Below are positions 27,109 through 30,496 of a stretch of 30,496 nt of DNA, piece by piece. Under the pieces are notes generated by a model. That model searched no databases and was not told the origin of the DNA. It saw only the letters and a list, made by a program, of their open reading frames with translations. The first letter of the stretch is position 1. Each line of letters opens with the position of its first letter. This stretch comes from a virus (lineage: Duplodnaviria; Caudoviricetes): the IMG/VR virus record IMGVR_UViG_3300025770_000066, positions 1-30,496 of that record; one strand, 5' to 3'. The translations under genes and the position numbers were made by a program.

Positions 27109-28593
27109 TTATTCCATTCCTTGAGCCCACTGAACTTTTCCTTCTTCGTAGTTCACAGTGATGGACATCGTGTGCGTGACAGCCTTATATGTTCCTGCTG
27201 CACTTGAACCATATCCTGATTTTTTCCATGAACTAAACGGCAAATGACTCTCCGCAGCCACCGAGCCACCATTGATGTAAAGCATACCAGTGGTACATTC
27301 TTGAGCCAGACGACGATGTTTGCGGAAGTCATCTGTGACAACCCCTAAAGCAAGACCGTAATCTGTATCATTGTAAATTCTAATGGCGTCATCTAAGTCG
27401 TTGAAAGGAATCAACGCAACATGAGGGCCAAAAACCTCTTGAGACAAGAAAGGCTTATCCCTGTTCCATTCACACTTATAGACGAATGGAGTTAGGAAAT
27501 ATCCGGGATCAGGATCAAGCCTGCCGCCGTTCAACAACACGCTCGCACTACCTTCATCATCCAACGCATCTTCTTCACGAACAAGTTGGTTAAATGCTTC
27601 AACCTTATCCATTTGCTCGTGGCTGATGAGCGGACCATAGAAAGGGGCAGGAGACTTAAAAGGATCGCCTGTAACAAGCGCAGATACTCTATTGGTATAT
27701 TCTTCTGCAAACTTATCAAAGATGCTACGTTGGACAATCAATCGTCCTGATGAAACACATCTCTGTCCAGAAAGTTTGAAAGCAGATGCAACAGCGGCGT
27801 CAAGAGCCAGTTCCATATCGCCATCATCAAATACAATGGTTGCTGACTTCGAGCCGCATTCGATGCAAGTTCTTTTGGAATCAGTAGACGCACAGTGTGT
27901 TCTAATATCTTGACCGACTTCTGATGATCCTGTAAAGAGGATGACATCTACATCGCCTCTAACAAGAGTTGCTCCAACCTTGCCATCTCCATGAACCAAA
28001 TTAAATACGCCTGCTGGGAATCCTGCTTCTTGATAAAGCTCAGCAACTATTTGGTTGACCATTGGAGTAAGCTCAGATGGCTTGTGTACAACGGTGTTGC
28101 CCTCAACGAGAGCAGGAGCAGAACTCCAAAAAGAGCCGATAGCAAGAGGAAAGTTCCAAGGAGAGATAACAGCAACAACCCCTCTAGGCTTCCTAATGAC
28201 ATAGGCGTCCTTCGTAGGAAGTTCGGACGCCACACATGTTCCGAATGCTTCTCGTCCAGAAGCAGCGGCGAACTGGCACATATGGAGAGCTTCAATGACT
28301 TCTGCATGTGACTCATTAAGATTCTTTCCCGTCTCTATCGATATAGCATCTTTGAGCTTATCGTGATCACGTTTAATGAGTTGTGCAAGAACATCAAAAT
28401 ACTCTGCTCTTCTAACTCGACTTTCTTTTCTCCAAGAATCAAAAGATTCACGAGCGGCTGTTACTGCCAGTCCTGCTTCTTCAACTCTGTTGGGGAAAGT
28501 TCCATAAACTTCTTCTGTGGCTGGATTAACTGTTTCATATGATTCAGTTACATCTCGCCATTCTCCGTTGATATAATTTTTGCCTTGGTACAT
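27109..28593 (-). CDS. NAD(P)-dependent aldehyde dehydrogenase
   Basis: NYINGEW, ISPWNFP, GNTVVHKPSE, FTGS, catalytic Glu in IECGSKS, catalytic Cys in GQRCVS, EVFGP and YGLA; RBS ggagg. Confidence 0.95.
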   Translation of the reverse strand: MYQGKNYINGEWRDVTESYETVNPATEEVYGTFPNRVEEAGLAVTAARESFDSWRKESRVRRAEYFDVLAQLIKRDHDKLKDAISIETGKNLNESHAEVIEALHMCQFAAASGREAFGTCVASELPTKDAYVIRKPRGVVAVISPWNFPLAIGSFWSSAPALVEGNTVVHKPSELTPMVNQIVAELYQEAGFPAGVFNLVHGDGKVGATLVRGDVDVILFTGSSEVGQDIRTHCASTDSKRTCIECGSKSATIVFDDGDMELALDAAVASAFKLSGQRCVSSGRLIVQRSIFDKFAEEYTNRVSALVTGDPFKSPAPFYGPLISHEQMDKVEAFNQLVREEDALDDEGSASVLLNGGRLDPDPGYFLTPFVYKCEWNRDKPFLSQEVFGPHVALIPFNDLDDAIRIYNDTDYGLALGVVTDDFRKHRRLAQECTTGMLYINGGSVAAESHLPFSSWKKSGYGSSAAGTYKAVTHTMSITVNYEEGKVQWAQGME

Positions 28594-28634
28594 AAGACCT
28601 CCATTTCTTGTTAAATTGTACTCTGAAATAAGAT

Positions 28635-29483
28635 TTATTTCAATATGTCTTCAGAAAAATCTGTATCGCAATCTTTGCCGAGACCAGAAGTTAATGAAAC
28701 TACCGTTTCCATACATTTTTCCCAGTCATTGCGATCTTTCATCCTAATGCAAACCATAGTTTTATACCAATGATTTGAGTCCCATCTTCCATCTCGCTCC
28801 GTGCTTAAAAGAAGATATGTAGTTTTTCCCATTGCTCCAGCAAGGTGAGCCACAGATGTATCAATAGTGACAACGATATCTAATGATTCCACCAATTTAG
28901 CGGTTTCATAAAAATCTTCTAAGTCAACACTGTAAAGATCCATATCATCGCAACCTTTAATCAACTCAGGAGTGTGAATCACTTTTTGTAATGAATACAA
29001 ACGAGTGCCTTCTTTCTCCAGCATCTTAAAGTGTTTTAATGGACAATTACGATCTCCACCAACTGTATTATCTGGACTGCCTTCCCAAGCAATTCCCACA
29101 TTGAGAAAACCTTCTTCAAGTTCTTGTGTTTCTGAAATTCTAATATAAGGATCAGGAGCTTCAATAGTTCCCAGAACAAAAGGTAAATCCATGGATAGAA
29201 CATGATAATCATGCTCTGGAAGTTCAGGATTGTCTTTGTCTAAAAGTTGTACTTCCAAGCATCCAAATATTCGGTGAAGGTCTTTGGGACAATAAAACAT
29301 TATCTCACAACCGCCTTGTTTCAAAAGCGGAATGTAACGAGCAAATTGAATGATGTCTCCAAATCCTTGTTCGCCATAAACAATGACTTTCTTGCCATTG
29401 ATATCTTCGCCTGCCCACCGACTGCTGTTTTCAAAAACGTGTCGATAGTATTCCATCTTGGGGTGTTGTGTTCTATCTTCCAT
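28635..29483 (-). CDS. GT9-like (ADP-heptose:LPS heptosyltransferase-related) glycosyltransferase domain without TPRs
   Basis: W.GE...GK.....EQGFGDIIQFARY, VGIAWEGS, YSLQK, DFYETA and LDIVVTIDTSVAHLAGAMGK match the C-terminal domain of TPR-GT9 proteins. Confidence 0.85.
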   Translation of the reverse strand: MEDRTQHPKMEYYRHVFENSSRWAGEDINGKKVIVYGEQGFGDIIQFARYIPLLKQGGCEIMFYCPKDLHRIFGCLEVQLLDKDNPELPEHDYHVLSMDLPFVLGTIEAPDPYIRISETQELEEGFLNVGIAWEGSPDNTVGGDRNCPLKHFKMLEKEGTRLYSLQKVIHTPELIKGCDDMDLYSVDLEDFYETAKLVESLDIVVTIDTSVAHLAGAMGKTTYLLLSTERDGRWDSNHWYKTMVCIRMKDRNDWEKCMETVVSLTSGLGKDCDTDFSEDILK

Positions 29484-29484
29484 A

Positions 29485-29859
29485 TTAGTCTTTTCTCTTT
29501 CTCATCATTGTTCTTTGAACTTTGCAAGAGCTTGTGTTTGCAACGGGAGCTTTGATATAGCCAGAAAGATGCAACAAAGGAGATGCGCCCATTGGAATGT
29601 TTTTATATCCTCTGGCCTTCAAGCTAGTTCTTAAATCTTCGTAGTTAGTAGAAGACTCTATCCTTGGATGATAAAGCATTCTATTGTCGTGACAAATTTG
29701 TTGTATATGATGAAGCCAAATTGGAGGGAGTTCAAGTTCCGTCAGGTCCGTCAGGTCCGTCAGGTCCGAGTTCGTCGGCTGGCCGTTCCCCTGAAGAACT
29801 GTTATCAGTTTGATCCCTTCCTTGCTCCTGCTCGCCAAGTACAAATAAAGCCTCTGCAT
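29485..29859 (-). CDS. Hypothetical protein
   Basis: ATG preceded by gaagga; stop is 1 nt from the GT9 start, so operon-like packing. Confidence 0.65.
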   Translation of the reverse strand: MQRLYLYLASRSKEGIKLITVLQGNGQPTNSDLTDLTDLTELELPPIWLHHIQQICHDNRMLYHPRIESSTNYEDLRTSLKARGYKNIPMGASPLLHLSGYIKAPVANTSSCKVQRTMMRKRKD

Positions 29860-29980
29860 TGATTATTCCTTCAAGCAGAACTTCTAGCATGACGTGAGAA
29901 TACACATCTTCACCAAATTGATTACAGAACAAATTAAATGTCCCAGCACCAAATTCTGCTTTTTCTTTTTCTGTGGTCAT
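29732..29980 (-). CDS. Possible small hypothetical protein overlapping the next gene by 128 nt
   Basis: ATG-started ORF filling the space before 29859; the C-terminal half is low complexity and overlaps another ORF, so it is uncertain. Confidence 0.35.
   Translation of the reverse strand: MTTEKEKAEFGAGTFNLFCNQFGEDVYSHVMLEVLLEGIINAEALFVLGEQEQGRDQTDNSSSGERPADELGPDGPDGPDGT
29738..29768. repeat. 9-bp tandem repeat (tccgtcagg x3.4)
   Basis: Read directly. Encodes DLTDLTDLTE in the 124-aa ORF and GPDGPDGPDG in the overlapping 82-aa ORF. Confidence 0.9.
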
Positions 29981-30016
29981 AATATAAGATAGTTATCCTG
30001 ACACTCTTCTTATTGA

Positions 30017-30496
30017 ATGATCAAACTATCTCAATACGCCAAAGTCAAAAACAATTATTGTCTTTGTTATTTCGGGCATTCAGACGAATACCTTGTGCAA
30101 CTTCGCCTTCTTAAGCCAGTTATAGAGAGAAGGTTTCCCGGTCTCAATCTTTATTTTGGCTGCAAGGATGACAAGCATCATCTCTTAGAAGGATGCGATC
30201 CGATACTAAAAGTTTCTGAAATCAAAGTCAAAAGACACAACTTCGCTCATATTAGAGAGCTTAAGCTAACAGAAACTCATCCAGTTGAGAATTTGCTTGT
30301 AGAATCTGGCATTACAAATTTTGTAATACGAGACACGGTGTTGCCTCAAGAGACAGACCTTTGTGTGATCATCAAAGATGGGTCTCACCCAACTATGCCA
30401 ATTGAGAGAAACAACTTAAATCACTTGAAAGCACGAATTGAAAGTCAGGGATATAGGGCAGAAGTTCGAAAGGATATCAAAAATGCAGGGTGGGTA
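30017..30496 (+). CDS. Hypothetical protein, 3'-truncated by the window end (not in the ORF track); possibly a degenerate GT-B/GT9-like protein
   Basis: My translation from the ATG at 30017 (MIKLSQYAKVKNNYCLCYFGHSDEYLVQLRLLKP...RKDIKNAGWV) stays open for 160 codons to the window edge. The fold guess is weak. Confidence 0.65.
   Translation, partial: MIKLSQYAKVKNNYCLCYFGHSDEYLVQLRLLKPVIERRFPGLNLYFGCKDDKHHLLEGCDPILKVSEIKVKRHNFAHIRELKLTETHPVENLLVESGITNFVIRDTVLPQETDLCVIIKDGSHPTMPIERNNLNHLKARIESQGYRAEVRKDIKNAGWV

Noticed and set aside
1-30496. Stop-codon reassignment as seen in some large phages
   Set aside because: Genes are full length and tightly packed under the standard code, and TAG, TGA and TAA all terminate credible genes.
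1-30496. tRNA, rRNA, CRISPR array or diversity-generating retroelement
   Set aside because: No intergenic gap is long enough for these RNA elements, no regularly spaced repeats were seen, and there is no reverse transcriptase or adenine-variant repeat pair visible by eye.

Overview
AT-rich, densely coding window that reads as part of a large T4-like (myovirus/jumbo-type) bacteriophage genome using the standard genetic code (TAA, TAG and TGA all act as stops). Bases 1-13492 (+) are a contractile-tail module in canonical order: 5'-truncated tape-measure-like protein, tube-initiator-like protein, LysM/gp53-like protein, hub, Cys-rich gp5/VgrG-like spike, gp25, gp6, gp7/P2-gpI-like and a gp8/collar-like protein. 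A free-standing LAGLIDADG endonuclease with its own sigma70-type promoter follows. Next come putative virion proteins, including three tandem paralogues sharing an 'AxHHN' N-terminal domain (two with clear PKD domains), and several glycosyltransferase-like genes. A minus-strand block holds a GT-A-like protein, UDP-glucose/GDP-mannose dehydrogenase, three small ORFs, an HNH endonuclease, an aldehyde dehydrogenase and a GT9-like protein. The most notable observation is that four otherwise unrelated small proteins end in the same C-terminal peptide, hydrophobic-[ND]-W-x-[KQ]-[EL]-G-F-stop, conserved as amino acids rather than as DNA. One of them (62 aa) appears to be an isolated fragment of a gp23-type major capsid protein. 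All family assignments come from motif recognition by eye; no searches were run.
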